Virus record (IMG/VR): IMGVR_UViG_3300026549_000036
DNA length: 64,000 nt
Reading direction: 5' to 3' (one strand)
Source: a virus
Taxonomy: Duplodnaviria > Caudoviricetes
Translations under genes and position numbers: made by a program
The notes under the pieces: model-generated
The model's database searches: none
Told to the model about the DNA's origin: nothing
The model's input: only the letters and a program-made list of their open reading frames with translations
In this document: piece by piece, positions 30,328 through 40,322 of the stretch
Layout: every line of letters begins with the position of its first letter
Position numbering within the stretch: position 1 is the stretch's first letter

Positions 30328-31431
30328 ATGGCTTACTATTACACTAAAACAAGTATCAAAATGACAAATCTCACCATCGCTTATAATATGGGCGGCTTAT
30401 TTGACCAGGAAGGACAGAGGGGCATTTCTCACCTGATGGAACATTTGGTATGCGAAACTTTTAAAGACGAATATCCTGAATTGGCAAAGTACAATGTAGA
30501 ATGGAATGCTTGTACTGGTTATGATGTAGTAAAGGTCTATTTCACAGGTTTGGATAAGTATTTCACTCCTGAATGGAAGCGTAGACTTGTGAACAAACTC
30601 ACTGGTGGTTTGAAAATGAGCAAGGAACGATTTGAAGCAGAAAAGAAGATTGTGCTTCAAGAATATATGGATTGCTTTAATGAACCAGCAAATTCCGAAA
30701 ACACAGTAAGACAGAAGTTTGGTTTCTACTCTCCGATTGGCAAGCGTGAAGACATTGAAGCATTCACATACGAAGATATGCAGGCATATTACGAAAAGCA
30801 CATGCGTAAGCCAGCAAAGATTGTTGAAGTTGGTCCGACAAAGACTGATTTCTCTGCTATCCCAATGCAGGAAGAATATGTTGTTCAACCAATGAAGCCA
30901 AAGTATAAGAAGGATTGGAAACTCCCACTTGAACCAACACCTGAAAACCAAAAGTGCGATGTTTCTTTCCTTTCCAAGAAGGCAGTAAATAAAGCCGATT
31001 ATCCAGCACTCGCTATCGCAATAAATATGCTTGTGAATGGACTTGAATCTCCAATGACCCACGAAATTCGTGAAGTCCGTCATTTGACTTATGGTGTATC
31101 TGGTGGCACAATTAAATTCATTTCTTACGCTTATCCAACCTTTGGTGCTACAACTGATAAGGAAAATAAGGATAATCTTGTGGACGCTTTCAAGTTCTTC
31201 TTTGATGACATTGAAAAGCATCTGGACAAGAAGCGTTTTGAAGATATGATTTGTAAGATTGAAGTTGACCGCGAACACGATAAGATTTTCAAGTACGCAA
31301 ATGTAGATAAAATCATCAACAAGGGTAAAATTCAGATTGGTAATGCCTATAATAAGTTGACCTTTGAAAAGGTGGTTGAAATCGCAAAGAAATACTTGAA
31401 GACCGAAAATTTTGAAATTATTATTGAATAA
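30328..31431 (+). CDS. M16 (insulinase-family) zinc peptidase
   Basis: HLMEH inverted zincin motif, EIRE...LTY. Confidence 0.85.
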   Translation: MAYYYTKTSIKMTNLTIAYNMGGLFDQEGQRGISHLMEHLVCETFKDEYPELAKYNVEWNACTGYDVVKVYFTGLDKYFTPEWKRRLVNKLTGGLKMSKERFEAEKKIVLQEYMDCFNEPANSENTVRQKFGFYSPIGKREDIEAFTYEDMQAYYEKHMRKPAKIVEVGPTKTDFSAIPMQEEYVVQPMKPKYKKDWKLPLEPTPENQKCDVSFLSKKAVNKADYPALAIAINMLVNGLESPMTHEIREVRHLTYGVSGGTIKFISYAYPTFGATTDKENKDNLVDAFKFFFDDIEKHLDKKRFEDMICKIEVDREHDKIFKYANVDKIINKGKIQIGNAYNKLTFEKVVEIAKKYLKTENFEIIIE

Positions 31432-31961
31432 TGATTGATGGAAGTTATACATTAAAACCACACGAATTGTGTTTTAGGCGTATCGGTGAATACGCCGAAA
31501 CACTCGGTTGTAATGTTGTTTATTATGATAAATCATTTCACATCTTTTATTGTGGTAAACAACTTTGCCATATTTGGTATAATGACCAGGATATAATGGA
31601 GAACTATGGTTCTATTCTTGACAGAGAAATTTACTATGTAGATTTAGCAGACCAATATATCCCTTATACTAAATGGGAGAAAGTTTGGTATAACATAAAA
31701 AGATTTTTCGGAAAAGCCGAAAATAATAAAGTGCTTATACATAAGAGGTGTCCTGGTGCTGTAACTAGACGTTTAATTCCTGACCACTATGGATGGGATA
31801 AGGAAACAATGGATAGTTATTTAAACAAAGGCACCGGAAATTATTACTTAAGCGAAGAAAAACTAAAAAATCTAATTAAGTTCTATGTTACAGAAAATAC
31901 AGTGAATGAAAAGCTATATTTGAATGGACTTAGAATCAAACAAATTAACGAGGATTTTTAA
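31431..31961 (+). CDS. hypothetical protein, DF-tail family
   Basis: ends RIKQINEDF. Confidence 0.7.
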   Translation: MIDGSYTLKPHELCFRRIGEYAETLGCNVVYYDKSFHIFYCGKQLCHIWYNDQDIMENYGSILDREIYYVDLADQYIPYTKWEKVWYNIKRFFGKAENNKVLIHKRCPGAVTRRLIPDHYGWDKETMDSYLNKGTGNYYLSEEKLKNLIKFYVTENTVNEKLYLNGLRIKQINEDF

Positions 31962-32395
31962 TGGCAAAAACAATTATAGTCCAGTATTTGAATGATACGA
32001 TTGAAAAGTTGCAGAAGATTGACAAGGGTGACTGGATTGACCTTCGTGCGGCTCACGATTACACAATTAAGAAGGGTGAGTTTGTACTAATTCATTTGGG
32101 AGTTGCTATGAAGCTACCAGACGGATATGAAGCTCATTTGGCTCCTCGCTCTTCTACATATTCCAAGTATGGTGTAATTCAGGCAAATTCTGTTGGTGTT
32201 GTAGATAACAGTTATTGCGGACCAAGTGACTGGTGGTATTTCCCTGCTATCGCATTGGAAAAAGATGTTGAAATTAAGAAGGGTGATAGAATCTGTCAGT
32301 TCCGCATTATGGAAAAGCAACCAGCTATCAAGTTCGTTGAAGGCAAAATGACCGACAAAGATAGAGGTGGTTTCGGCTCTACAGGAACTAAGTAA
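31961..32395 (+). CDS. dut: trimeric dUTPase
   Basis: [27 protein letters not shown]. Confidence 0.93.
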   Translation: MAKTIIVQYLNDTIEKLQKIDKGDWIDLRAAHDYTIKKGEFVLIHLGVAMKLPDGYEAHLAPRSSTYSKYGVIQANSVGVVDNSYCGPSDWWYFPAIALEKDVEIKKGDRICQFRIMEKQPAIKFVEGKMTDKDRGGFGSTGTK

Positions 32396-32397
32396 TT

Positions 32398-32652
32398 ATG
32401 AATAAAATCCGCCGCGACATTGACAAATTGGACGATAAAATTTTTAAGCTGCTAAAGGCTCGTTTGAGCAAAGCAAAGAAAATAGCAGCTCTTAAAAAGT
32501 ATATGAAAGTCCAAGTCAATGACGATGAGCGAGAACAAGAAATTTTAGACAAATTAGATTGTGAAGATTACAAACCTTATAAAGAACAAATGACTGCAAT
32601 ATACAAAGAAATCTTCCAACAAATGAAGGATTTAGAAAGTGGAGAAGACTAA
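32398..32652 (+). CDS. chorismate mutase type II (AroQ-like)
   Basis: R..IDKLDDKI..LL..R..K...D.ERE..IL pattern. Confidence 0.7.
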   Translation: MNKIRRDIDKLDDKIFKLLKARLSKAKKIAALKKYMKVQVNDDEREQEILDKLDCEDYKPYKEQMTAIYKEIFQQMKDLESGED

Positions 32653-32818
32653 CACTTATATTTTTCTTATCAGTTATTTGGATGACATTTGGAGTGAATC
32701 ACTTACGGAAAAGAACGAAGTAGTGAAAGCAGAAAATATAAACGAAGCGATGAAACAAATACAAACGAAATATGGGCATAAAAAGAAGCTCGTTATTCGC
32801 TCTGTTTATTGCGAATAA
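32639..32818 (+). CDS. small hypothetical protein (59 aa, GTG start)
   Basis: Open frame filling the gap; AAGGA upstream. Confidence 0.5.
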   Translation: MEKTNTYIFLISYLDDIWSESLTEKNEVVKAENINEAMKQIQTKYGHKKKLVIRSVYCE

Positions 32819-32903
32819 GTTCCAAAAAATAAAAATGTTTCACAACCAAACTAAAATTAACTATATTTGTTTGTAACAATTTAAAACAAAAAGGATGATA
32901 AAA

Positions 32904-33675
32904 ATGATTAAAGAAATGAAATACAATAACCGGATTCATTGAACTTATGAGTGAATTGGCTGCTATTAACCCACAGCTAATTTTCAAGAAGAAAGAAGGT
33001 GATGATGATACTTTGTCTGTAAAGGCTATTGCCGCTGACAAGTCAGTTGTCTATTTCTTGGAAGCTCCAAAGGACTACTTCGCATTTGAAAGTAACTCCC
33101 TTTCTGTAATTGACTTCAACCGTTTGGTTAGTTATTACAATGTTTTCAATAACCCAAATTCCGACCCAAAGAAGAATGAAGTTCCTGAAATGAGCATTGA
33201 ATACAACAATGACCAGTGCGATGAATCAGTTATTCTTCATATTAAGAGTTCTTTGAGAAATGCTAATTTGAAGCATAGATTGGCAAATGAAGATGTTATT
33301 ACTAAGCCAACCTTCTCTAAGGTCAAATTCCCATCTGTTGATGCTATCGTCAATTTGACTGAAGACCAGCAGAAGACCATAAATGCTCGTTTGAAGCTAA
33401 TTGGTGCTGACCGAATGAAGTATGCGTTCTCTGGTGATACATTGACATTGACTTTGTTCACCACAAAGACTGGTGATACCTATGCTGAAGATTACAAGTT
33501 GGACGAAGCCGTAACAGAAGATTTTGAATTGGTAACTCCTGCTACAGGTTTCTCGCTTCTCCCAGTTGGTAATTTCAAGGTCAGTGTTTCCAAAGCTGGT
33601 ATTATGGAATTCAAGCAGTTGCGTGATGACGCAGTTGATTTGAGTCTTTATATCGCTAAGGCAAAGAATGACTAA
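32904..33675 (+). CDS. 45: sliding clamp (T4 gp45-like); +1 frameshift at CGGA 32931-32934 (256 aa joined)
   Basis: MIKEMKYNN-GFIELMSELAAINPQLIFK resembles the gp45 N-terminus; F..LPVGNFKVSVSK..LYIA C-terminus; AAGGA RBS. Confidence 0.7.
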
Positions 33676-33759
33676 TAAATAGTTATTAGAAGCTACTTTT
33701 ATAGTAGCTTCTTTTATACCTTTTTTAATTTGTTTAGAAAATATATAAGAGAAGTTATT

Positions 33760-34083
33760 ATGGCATACGTTGTAAAATATCATCAGCAGAATAGAGTTAA
33801 AGACCTTCCTAGTGTATTCAATGACGAATCCACAGGTTTGGAGATTTTCGTTAGAACAATTATTAAAGAAAAACTTGAGAAGGGTGTTTCTAAAGAAGAA
33901 ATCCTTAAAGAATTAAAGGTCTTGGAAATAAATGAAGCAAACAAATTAAAATGCGAACAAGCTATTAAAGAAGAACTTGGTTTGGATGCAAAGGTTTCAT
34001 TAGAAAATTATTTTGATTTTAATACAACAACTTGGAAATCAAACAACGAAGATGTAGGGTCATTTGAGGACTTCTTTGTATGA
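33760..34083 (+). CDS. hypothetical protein with clamp-like tail
   Basis: ends GSFEDFFV. Confidence 0.6.
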   Translation: MAYVVKYHQQNRVKDLPSVFNDESTGLEIFVRTIIKEKLEKGVSKEEILKELKVLEINEANKLKCEQAIKEELGLDAKVSLENYFDFNTTTWKSNNEDVGSFEDFFV

Positions 34084-34265
34084 CAGAAAAAGACACTTTC
34101 ATTAAATGGATGAATGAATCAGGACTGGAAAAGGTCTATGAAGAATTGGAAAAAACTTTGGAAATTCAGTTAATGGAATTACAAACAAAGAAACCAAACA
34201 AATACAAGGAATTAGTTGAATGGGAAAAGATTGTAAACTCACAAAAGAACAATGTGAGATGCTAG
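34080..34265 (+). CDS. hypothetical protein
   Basis: GAGGA RBS, ATGA overlap. Confidence 0.55.
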   Translation: MTEKDTFIKWMNESGLEKVYEELEKTLEIQLMELQTKKPNKYKELVEWEKIVNSQKNNVRC

Positions 34266-34504
34266 ACATTGAATTTGAAACCGACCCGGAAGTTCAAAAA
34301 GAAATGGACTTACTCGCCGCTCTTAATAAGAAATATGCGAATGAAATAACTGATGAAGATACTGACCAAGTTGACATTGAAGCATTGTATAAAAAGAAAC
34401 AAAAAGAAATGGATAAAATGGTCAGTATGTATCGTGACTTTGACCCCGAAGACATTATAATAACTAAAAACGAAACCGGACTTGAAGATGTCCAATTCTT
34501 TTAA
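34259..34504 (+). CDS. hypothetical acidic protein
   Basis: ends GLEDVQFF. Confidence 0.6.
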   Translation: MLDIEFETDPEVQKEMDLLAALNKKYANEITDEDTDQVDIEALYKKKQKEMDKMVSMYRDFDPEDIIITKNETGLEDVQFF

Positions 34505-34516
34505 GGAGAAATAATT

Positions 34517-34630
34517 ATGGCAGTTATATTTTGTGTGATAGCAATTACGGCAGCATTAGTTTATGCTAGTCACGTACAGGTTCACGAACTGGATAGAGAT
34601 ACTAGAAAAGACCTGAAAGACGAAGTTTAA
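34517..34630 (+). CDS. small membrane peptide (37 aa)
   Basis: AAGGAG RBS; hydrophobic N-terminus. Confidence 0.55.
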   Translation: MAVIFCVIAITAALVYASHVQVHELDRDTRKDLKDEV

Positions 34631-34652
34631 TCAAAAACATCTTTTTGTTTTG

Positions 34653-34686
34653 TGGGGTTGCTTGCAGCCCCATTTTTTATTATATT
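34653..34686 (+). terminator. terminator fused to sigma70-like promoter
   Basis: TGGGGTTGC-TT-GCAGCCCCA-TTTTTT; TTGCTT-N17-TATATT. Confidence 0.7.
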
Positions 34687-34692
34687 ATCATT

Positions 34693-35242
34693 ATGAATTT
34701 AGTTTTACCCGATATTACAAACAGCAGAAAATCAAATTATATTGACTTAAATAATTCATTCCCGAGATACTATCGGACCCATTGTTGATACTTCCGATTT
34801 GGAGAATGGTATCAGATATATTGGAATGATAGATAATGCTTATAACAGAATCCAAGTAGATAATATGAGCATTAAGATTATCTACGAAATTGGAGACCGA
34901 AAAGTCACATTTCATTTTAAAGTAGATGGATTTAATTTATACGATGGATATACTGACGAAGCAAACATTTATATGGAATACTTCTATTCTTGTTGGTTGT
35001 ATAGTGTAACTGATGATGGAGAAGGTTTTAACTATAATTGGAACTTGCCAAATTGTAGAGATTATTTCAGACAACCTTTACAAATAAGAGATATGACTTT
35101 CTTGACAGATTTGATTTTGGAAGTAAGATATTTTGGCAACCCTAGAGGTATTACAGACGAACAAATCTGTGATAATAAATTCCTAAATAAACTTCGTGAT
35201 GCTTACAGAAAAGAACAAAACTTACAGGAAGATTTTAAATGA
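34693..35242 (+). CDS. hypothetical DF-tail protein; +1 frameshift at CGGA 34774-34777 (182 aa joined)
   Basis: MNLVLP...PRYY-GPIVDTSDLENG; ends KEQNLQEDFK. Confidence 0.65.
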
Positions 35243-35595
35243 CCGGACGATATGATTATGAAAGGTTTATAAGTTATTTCCAACACATCACTCAAGAATT
35301 TGTAGATGATTGGTGGTTTGGAATTAAATACAGAATCATAGATGATACTTGTGAAGGTTGTATTGTTCCAAAAACGGATTTTAAGGACCAAAAAGTTTAT
35401 TTGTATAAACCACAGTTACTTTATAGTGAATTAGACCCATATAAAGAAAGCATTTATTACTTTATTCCACTTAAAACATTACAAAATATGAAACCTGAAC
35501 AAGTTCGCAACACAATGAAGGTTTTTGCAGACGATGTTTTAATAAAGAAATGTAAGGCAGAAAGAAAACTTAGAGATATAGAGAAGGACTTTTAA
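35239..35595 (+). CDS. hypothetical protein, DF-tail family
   Basis: ends KLRDIEKDF. Confidence 0.7.
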   Translation: MTGRYDYERFISYFQHITQEFVDDWWFGIKYRIIDDTCEGCIVPKTDFKDQKVYLYKPQLLYSELDPYKESIYYFIPLKTLQNMKPEQVRNTMKVFADDVLIKKCKAERKLRDIEKDF

Positions 35596-35939
35596 TGCGT
35601 ATTGAACCGCTAAATGGTATAAAAAGATTTTTCAAAAATACCACTGAAGAAGACGAAGATGAATACGCACTCGGCTTGAATTGCCGAGTGGACAGTGAAT
35701 ATATTGGTCCTTGTTTTTATGGTAAAGGTTGGCTTCAAAAACACGAAATAAATCCACTGGATAATCAGTTCTATTTGATTAACGATGGTGACGGCTATGA
35801 CGTCGTTCTGTTTTTGCCACTGTATATCCTACATAATTTGACTGAAGAAATGTATAGTGAAATAATTAAAAAGTTTGAATTGAATTTAAAGAAAGCAAAA
35901 GAACAATTAAAATTAGAAGATTTACAGAATGACTTTTAA
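35595..35939 (+). CDS. hypothetical protein, DF-tail family
   Basis: ends KLEDLQNDF. Confidence 0.7.
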   Translation: MRIEPLNGIKRFFKNTTEEDEDEYALGLNCRVDSEYIGPCFYGKGWLQKHEINPLDNQFYLINDGDGYDVVLFLPLYILHNLTEEMYSEIIKKFELNLKKAKEQLKLEDLQNDF

Positions 35940-36207
35940 TGAATTTAAAACAGAATTTTTGGCAACAGTTCATTTAGACGAATATAAGAAAGAAGATTCA
36001 TATATTCAAAAAATGTGGGAATCTGGGAGACTAGCGGCTATCGCAACAAGTATAAAGGGCAAATACATTCATTCAGTATTGAATGATTTAACAATACAAG
36101 ATGTTACACTAGAAGAATACAGAGAATTGAAAGCATTAACTTTGAAATGTGTAAAAGAAGATATATTAGATAGCCGACTAAAAGAACTTGAAGAGGATTT
36201 CCAATGA
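35929..36207 (+). CDS. hypothetical protein, DF-tail family
   Basis: ends RLKELEEDFQ. Confidence 0.7.
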   Translation: MTFNEFKTEFLATVHLDEYKKEDSYIQKMWESGRLAAIATSIKGKYIHSVLNDLTIQDVTLEEYRELKALTLKCVKEDILDSRLKELEEDFQ

Positions 36208-36575
36208 TACGCAGAATAGATTTTGAAACCGTAAAAAAGTATTTGAAAGATGAATTAAAAGAGCCAAATAATTTTGAGCCAGATGGTAAAATAAGAGATA
36301 TATTTTGTATTTGGATTGCTGTAACTGAAGATAAAATGCTAGGTAGCAATCTTCCTGATGTAGCTGGTCCTGCTATTACGGTTGGAAGTTCTGTTAAAAG
36401 ATTTCATACAGATGACCCGTGGATGAGAATTCACGCAGACTATCATTTCAAAACAAAAAGTGAAATGCAGCATTTTACTGAAAAAGATTATGACCGAATT
36501 TGTTCTATGCTTGAAATGGAATACAAAACAAAAATCCTAAACGAAAAAGAAAACAAAATAAACGAGGATTTTTAA
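36204..36575 (+). CDS. hypothetical protein, DF-tail family
   Basis: ends KENKINEDF. Confidence 0.7.
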   Translation: MIRRIDFETVKKYLKDELKEPNNFEPDGKIRDIFCIWIAVTEDKMLGSNLPDVAGPAITVGSSVKRFHTDDPWMRIHADYHFKTKSEMQHFTEKDYDRICSMLEMEYKTKILNEKENKINEDF

Positions 36576-36946
36576 TGAATATACCTTCATTAACAGTAGC
36601 TTTAGGATGGTTAAATTACTATTGTAAAAGTTATGAAGTATTTACCAAAAAAGGTAAATTTAAACGCCGATATACAGCATATTTGTATTTATCAGAATAT
36701 ACTGGTAAACTACCAGGTAATGATAGAATATCTGTTATGGCAGGAACAGGATTTGATATGGATAAATATGGTTTCCGAGCTGCCAATACAAAATTATATG
36801 GAATTTACTTTTTTAAAGACAAAAAAGAAATTGACAATTTAACTGAAACACGATATAATGAAATTATATCAGATTTACAAAAACAATATAAAGATTATTT
36901 GGTAAACGAAAGAGAAAACAAACTAAAAGAAGATTTTAATGACTAA
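36575..36946 (+). CDS. hypothetical protein, DF-tail family
   Basis: ends RENKLKEDFND. Confidence 0.7.
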   Translation: MNIPSLTVALGWLNYYCKSYEVFTKKGKFKRRYTAYLYLSEYTGKLPGNDRISVMAGTGFDMDKYGFRAANTKLYGIYFFKDKKEIDNLTETRYNEIISDLQKQYKDYLVNERENKLKEDFND

Positions 36947-37241
36947 AGAAGAATTTGATCAGTTAGGTAGGTCATACGGATTTTTCACTTACAGAGATAG
37001 TAATAAATTATTTCTAAAACCACAGTATATGTGGGGAGATATACCTGTAATGACTTTTGAAAATGGCAAAGTTCATATCAGCATTAAATTAAATGAAAAT
37101 GGTGATTTGTATAGATATGGGACTGATAGAATTATTGTTAGTGAAGTCGCTACAGCACGATTTTTCTTAAATGAAATGATGAAACAAAGAAAAAAGATTT
37201 TGGAAAATAAGAAACTTGCTAAAATTCAAGAAGATTTTTAG
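36939..37241 (+). CDS. hypothetical protein, DF-tail family
   Basis: ends KLAKIQEDF. Confidence 0.7.
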   Translation: MTKEEFDQLGRSYGFFTYRDSNKLFLKPQYMWGDIPVMTFENGKVHISIKLNENGDLYRYGTDRIIVSEVATARFFLNEMMKQRKKILENKKLAKIQEDF

Positions 37242-37244
37242 ATT

Positions 37245-37321
37245 TGTAAACAAAATTTTACAAAAAATATAACTAAAACTGCGTATTTGGTATTGACAAA
37301 TGGCAGTTTATTTGTTATATT
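37245..37321 (+). promoter_or_regulatory. TGTAAA-N6-TTTACA box plus sigma70-like promoter
   Basis: box 37245-37262; TTGACA 37293-N17-TATATT 37316. Confidence 0.75.
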
Positions 37322-37353
37322 TACTATGTAAAAATAAGAAAAGAGGTTTAACT

Positions 37354-37932
37354 ATGAACAAAAAAATCACTCTCCGTCCGTGGCAAGCAAAAGCAGTCAA
37401 AACTATTGCTCAGGCATTATGTGTTCCACATTCCCTTGTAGCAGTAAATGCTTGTGTTGGTAGCGGAAAGACATTTGTTCCTTTTGAAGCTATTGTGAAT
37501 TTCATTAAGAAGCATAAGAACGAAAAAACATTCCATACATTTGTGTGCCCGAGAATTAAGTTGTGTAAACAACAGAAAAGAGAAGCAGAAAAACTTTTTG
37601 CAGATCGTGGATTGAATGTTTCTGTTAAAATCTGGAACAGTGATTCGGATGATGTTGGTCAGCGTTATGTAAATGGAAATGAATTTTGGGATAGCACTGC
37701 TAAACATATTGTGTGCGTTATTTGTGATGAATCTCTCTGGGGCATTTCGGTTTCAAAGAATACTGATGGCTCGCAGGAAGAAAAATTCCGTTTTGAACGT
37801 TTCGTTAAAATGCTTCAAAATAATGTAAAATACAACCGCATTAATGGCATTATTGCGTATGACGAAGCCCACAATTACAAAACAAAACAGAAATTTATGT
37901 TTGGCGAAAAGAAGTGCCTGGAGGTTAAGTAA
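37354..37932 (+). CDS. SF2 helicase N-terminal (DEAH) half
   Basis: LRPWQ, VGSGKT, VCPRI, DEAH. Confidence 0.8.
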   Translation: MNKKITLRPWQAKAVKTIAQALCVPHSLVAVNACVGSGKTFVPFEAIVNFIKKHKNEKTFHTFVCPRIKLCKQQKREAEKLFADRGLNVSVKIWNSDSDDVGQRYVNGNEFWDSTAKHIVCVICDESLWGISVSKNTDGSQEEKFRFERFVKMLQNNVKYNRINGIIAYDEAHNYKTKQKFMFGEKKCLEVK

Positions 37933-38711
37933 TGAAAAAGAATTATATGGAAACGATTGACAGCTCTTACAAGAGCTTGATAACATTTGCTCATAGTGGA
38001 AAGCGTGGAACTAATTTAGATGATACACCCATTCGCAACACAACACTAAAAAAGTTGTATAAGGAATTTTTCACCCAATTAGTTAATTGGAAGTTTCCGG
38101 TTCACAATAATAAATTTATTAAGAATTTCTGCGGTGAATGGGTTAAATTTAATAACAAATTCAAAACAACTTTTGAAAAGAAATTTAGAAAACTCGTTGA
38201 TACCGATGAACAATGTTTTAATTGTTGGCTTAAATTCAAAGGTAATTGTGGAGAAATTTTTGCTGAATGGTTTTTTAGATATGGCGACTGTTCTATGATT
38301 GAACAAAGTACATATACTACAGTTGACCCGAATAACGAAAACTTTACTGACGCAAGTGCGGAATCTAGCGAAGATAGTTATCCGATTGGTATTCAGATTA
38401 AGAATTGGGTTAATGAAATTTCATTTGATGTGTTCAAAGCAGCAGGTGCTCAGATTACACAGACTGCTATGAAAATGAAAATTCAGGACCCAAATTTTGA
38501 TTTGAATGCTTTTATGAAACCGGATAGTTGCCGACAGATTGTATTTTCCATAACTGATCGTATTTGGAACAAAGCTATGGATGTGGATGGCTGGCTTAAA
38601 ACTGGTTTGATTGAGTTCATTGGACCTGAACAAATTGATAAGTATTTACTTTCGTTTACAAAGGACAAATTTACTAAACAAATCACCGATAAAATCATTA
38701 AAAAGTTGTAA
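37932..38711 (+). CDS. putative PD-(D/E)XK-type endonuclease
   Basis: GNCGEIFAE...TDA...IQIK. Confidence 0.5.
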   Translation: MKKNYMETIDSSYKSLITFAHSGKRGTNLDDTPIRNTTLKKLYKEFFTQLVNWKFPVHNNKFIKNFCGEWVKFNNKFKTTFEKKFRKLVDTDEQCFNCWLKFKGNCGEIFAEWFFRYGDCSMIEQSTYTTVDPNNENFTDASAESSEDSYPIGIQIKNWVNEISFDVFKAAGAQITQTAMKMKIQDPNFDLNAFMKPDSCRQIVFSITDRIWNKAMDVDGWLKTGLIEFIGPEQIDKYLLSFTKDKFTKQITDKIIKKL

Positions 38712-38712
38712 T

Positions 38713-38778
38713 TGTAAACACAATTTTACATAAATTTGAGCCAAAATTATTGACAGTTTTGGTTCAATTTACTATATT
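38713..38778 (+). promoter_or_regulatory. TGTAAA-N6-TTTACA box plus sigma70-like promoter
   Basis: box 38713-38730; TTGACA 38750-N17-TATATT 38773. Confidence 0.75.
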
Positions 38779-38814
38779 TTACTTGTAAACGAAAAACAAT
38801 GGAGATTAAAAATT

Positions 38815-40233
38815 ATGACTAATTCACTCGCCGATTTCTTCCAAACTTCTATTTTTATGACTGGCACTCCTGCCGAATTTCAAAAGGTAATTACTGAAGA
38901 ATCCTTCCATTGTGACTGTCCGATTTATGAAGCCGTTGAGAAGGGTTATGTTACTCGTCCGACATTGAACTTGATTAAGTGCTATGAACACCAATACAAT
39001 AGTGCTGTGTTGGCTGTATATAAGAATGAATTGGAAATTTACAAAACTAGCAAGGTTAAGTGGCCGATTCATATTATCGCAAACTGCTCTAGCATTGACG
39101 AAGTTGATAGTCTTTACACTAATTGCTGGAATAGTTTTGCCAAGGTTGAAAATATCCATCTGATTTCTGTTCACTCTAAAAAGAGCATTGAAAATAAGAA
39201 AACTTTGGTTGAAACCGATATTGTTCCTCGTCTTGATAATGAAACTGACTTGAATAAAATCATTGAAAAATACAGAAAAGAAATTGACAAGTGGATTTCT
39301 AAGGACGAAGATAATAAAGAACCAACCTGTATGATGGATATTTTGGAACTTATTGACGCTGGCGTAATTCTTAAGGGTGAACCGGTTGTATTGTTCCAGG
39401 TTGATATGATTTCAGAAGGAATTAATTTGTGTTCCTTCAATGCTGGCATTATCAAATCTAAAGCAGATGTAAAATCCACCCAGCAGATTGGTCGCATTAT
39501 TCGTGATTACACTATCACTGATAAGAATGGCGAACACCACAAGAAGATTGACGGCCACGCAAACATTTACTCTATCATTGAAAACGAAAACGATATTTGT
39601 AACTTGCTTGAACGTCTTGAACAATTTGAATTGACCGCTGATAGTTTTGACTGGGGTAGAAAGGTGGATGTTTCTAATGGTGGCACTGCCGACCCAGATG
39701 AAGATAAGGTTCCGACTCTTTCTGATTTCGTTTGGGATGACATTATTAATGTTGAAATTCAGGAATACCGAGCACTGTTCGTTTCTAACCAAAACGATAA
39801 GGATGCACGTCATATCCCGTCTAATGAATTGGCAAATCTTTCTGCTGATGATATGGCAATTTTGGCTGAAGCACTCAACTGTAATGTTGGTAAAATCAAG
39901 TCCAATGTTGAAAAGCTGAAGAATACTCACAAAGACATTGAAAAGGAAAATAAGAAGAAGAATAAGGACGAAAAGAAAATTAACGAAAAGAAAGCGGAAG
40001 CAAAAAAGAGCAAGATTTCTGTTCAGTTCTTGATTAACAATTTGCGTAGAACTATTATTCATAACCAGTTGAAGGAAAACCAGCCGCACGGTTGGGTTGA
40101 ATGGACTAAGTTCAATGAAGATTTCATTTTCCGTTATTTGGCAAATGGTAACGAAAAGTACGCAACTGCTATCACTAATGTTTTGAATGTTTTGAAGAAT
40201 TACCTTCATTTGGAAGTAAATCCGAATAAGTAA
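38815..40233 (+). CDS. SF2 helicase C-terminal half
   Basis: MTGTP (motif III), VDMISEGIN (V), QQIGRIIR (VI). Confidence 0.8.
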   Translation: MTNSLADFFQTSIFMTGTPAEFQKVITEESFHCDCPIYEAVEKGYVTRPTLNLIKCYEHQYNSAVLAVYKNELEIYKTSKVKWPIHIIANCSSIDEVDSLYTNCWNSFAKVENIHLISVHSKKSIENKKTLVETDIVPRLDNETDLNKIIEKYRKEIDKWISKDEDNKEPTCMMDILELIDAGVILKGEPVVLFQVDMISEGINLCSFNAGIIKSKADVKSTQQIGRIIRDYTITDKNGEHHKKIDGHANIYSIIENENDICNLLERLEQFELTADSFDWGRKVDVSNGGTADPDEDKVPTLSDFVWDDIINVEIQEYRALFVSNQNDKDARHIPSNELANLSADDMAILAEALNCNVGKIKSNVEKLKNTHKDIEKENKKKNKDEKKINEKKAEAKKSKISVQFLINNLRRTIIHNQLKENQPHGWVEWTKFNEDFIFRYLANGNEKYATAITNVLNVLKNYLHLEVNPNK

Positions 40234-40294
40234 ACAAAATTTTACATATTTTTACATTAAATAGGTTGACAAAACTGCATTAAAATTCTATATT
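40229..40294 (+). promoter_or_regulatory. AGTAAA-N6-TTTACA box plus sigma70-like promoter
   Basis: box 40229-40246; TTGACA 40266-N17-TATATT 40289. Confidence 0.75.
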
Positions 40295-40322
40295 ATTAAT
40301 GTAAAAATTGGAGATACTAACT

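Noticed and set aside
30397-31461. 354-aa minus-strand ORF
   Set aside because: Antisense shadow of the M16 peptidase with no recognisable motifs or RBS.
39412-40209. 265-aa minus-strand ORF and the many other short antisense ORFs
   Set aside because: They overlap well-supported plus-strand genes and have shadow-like composition.
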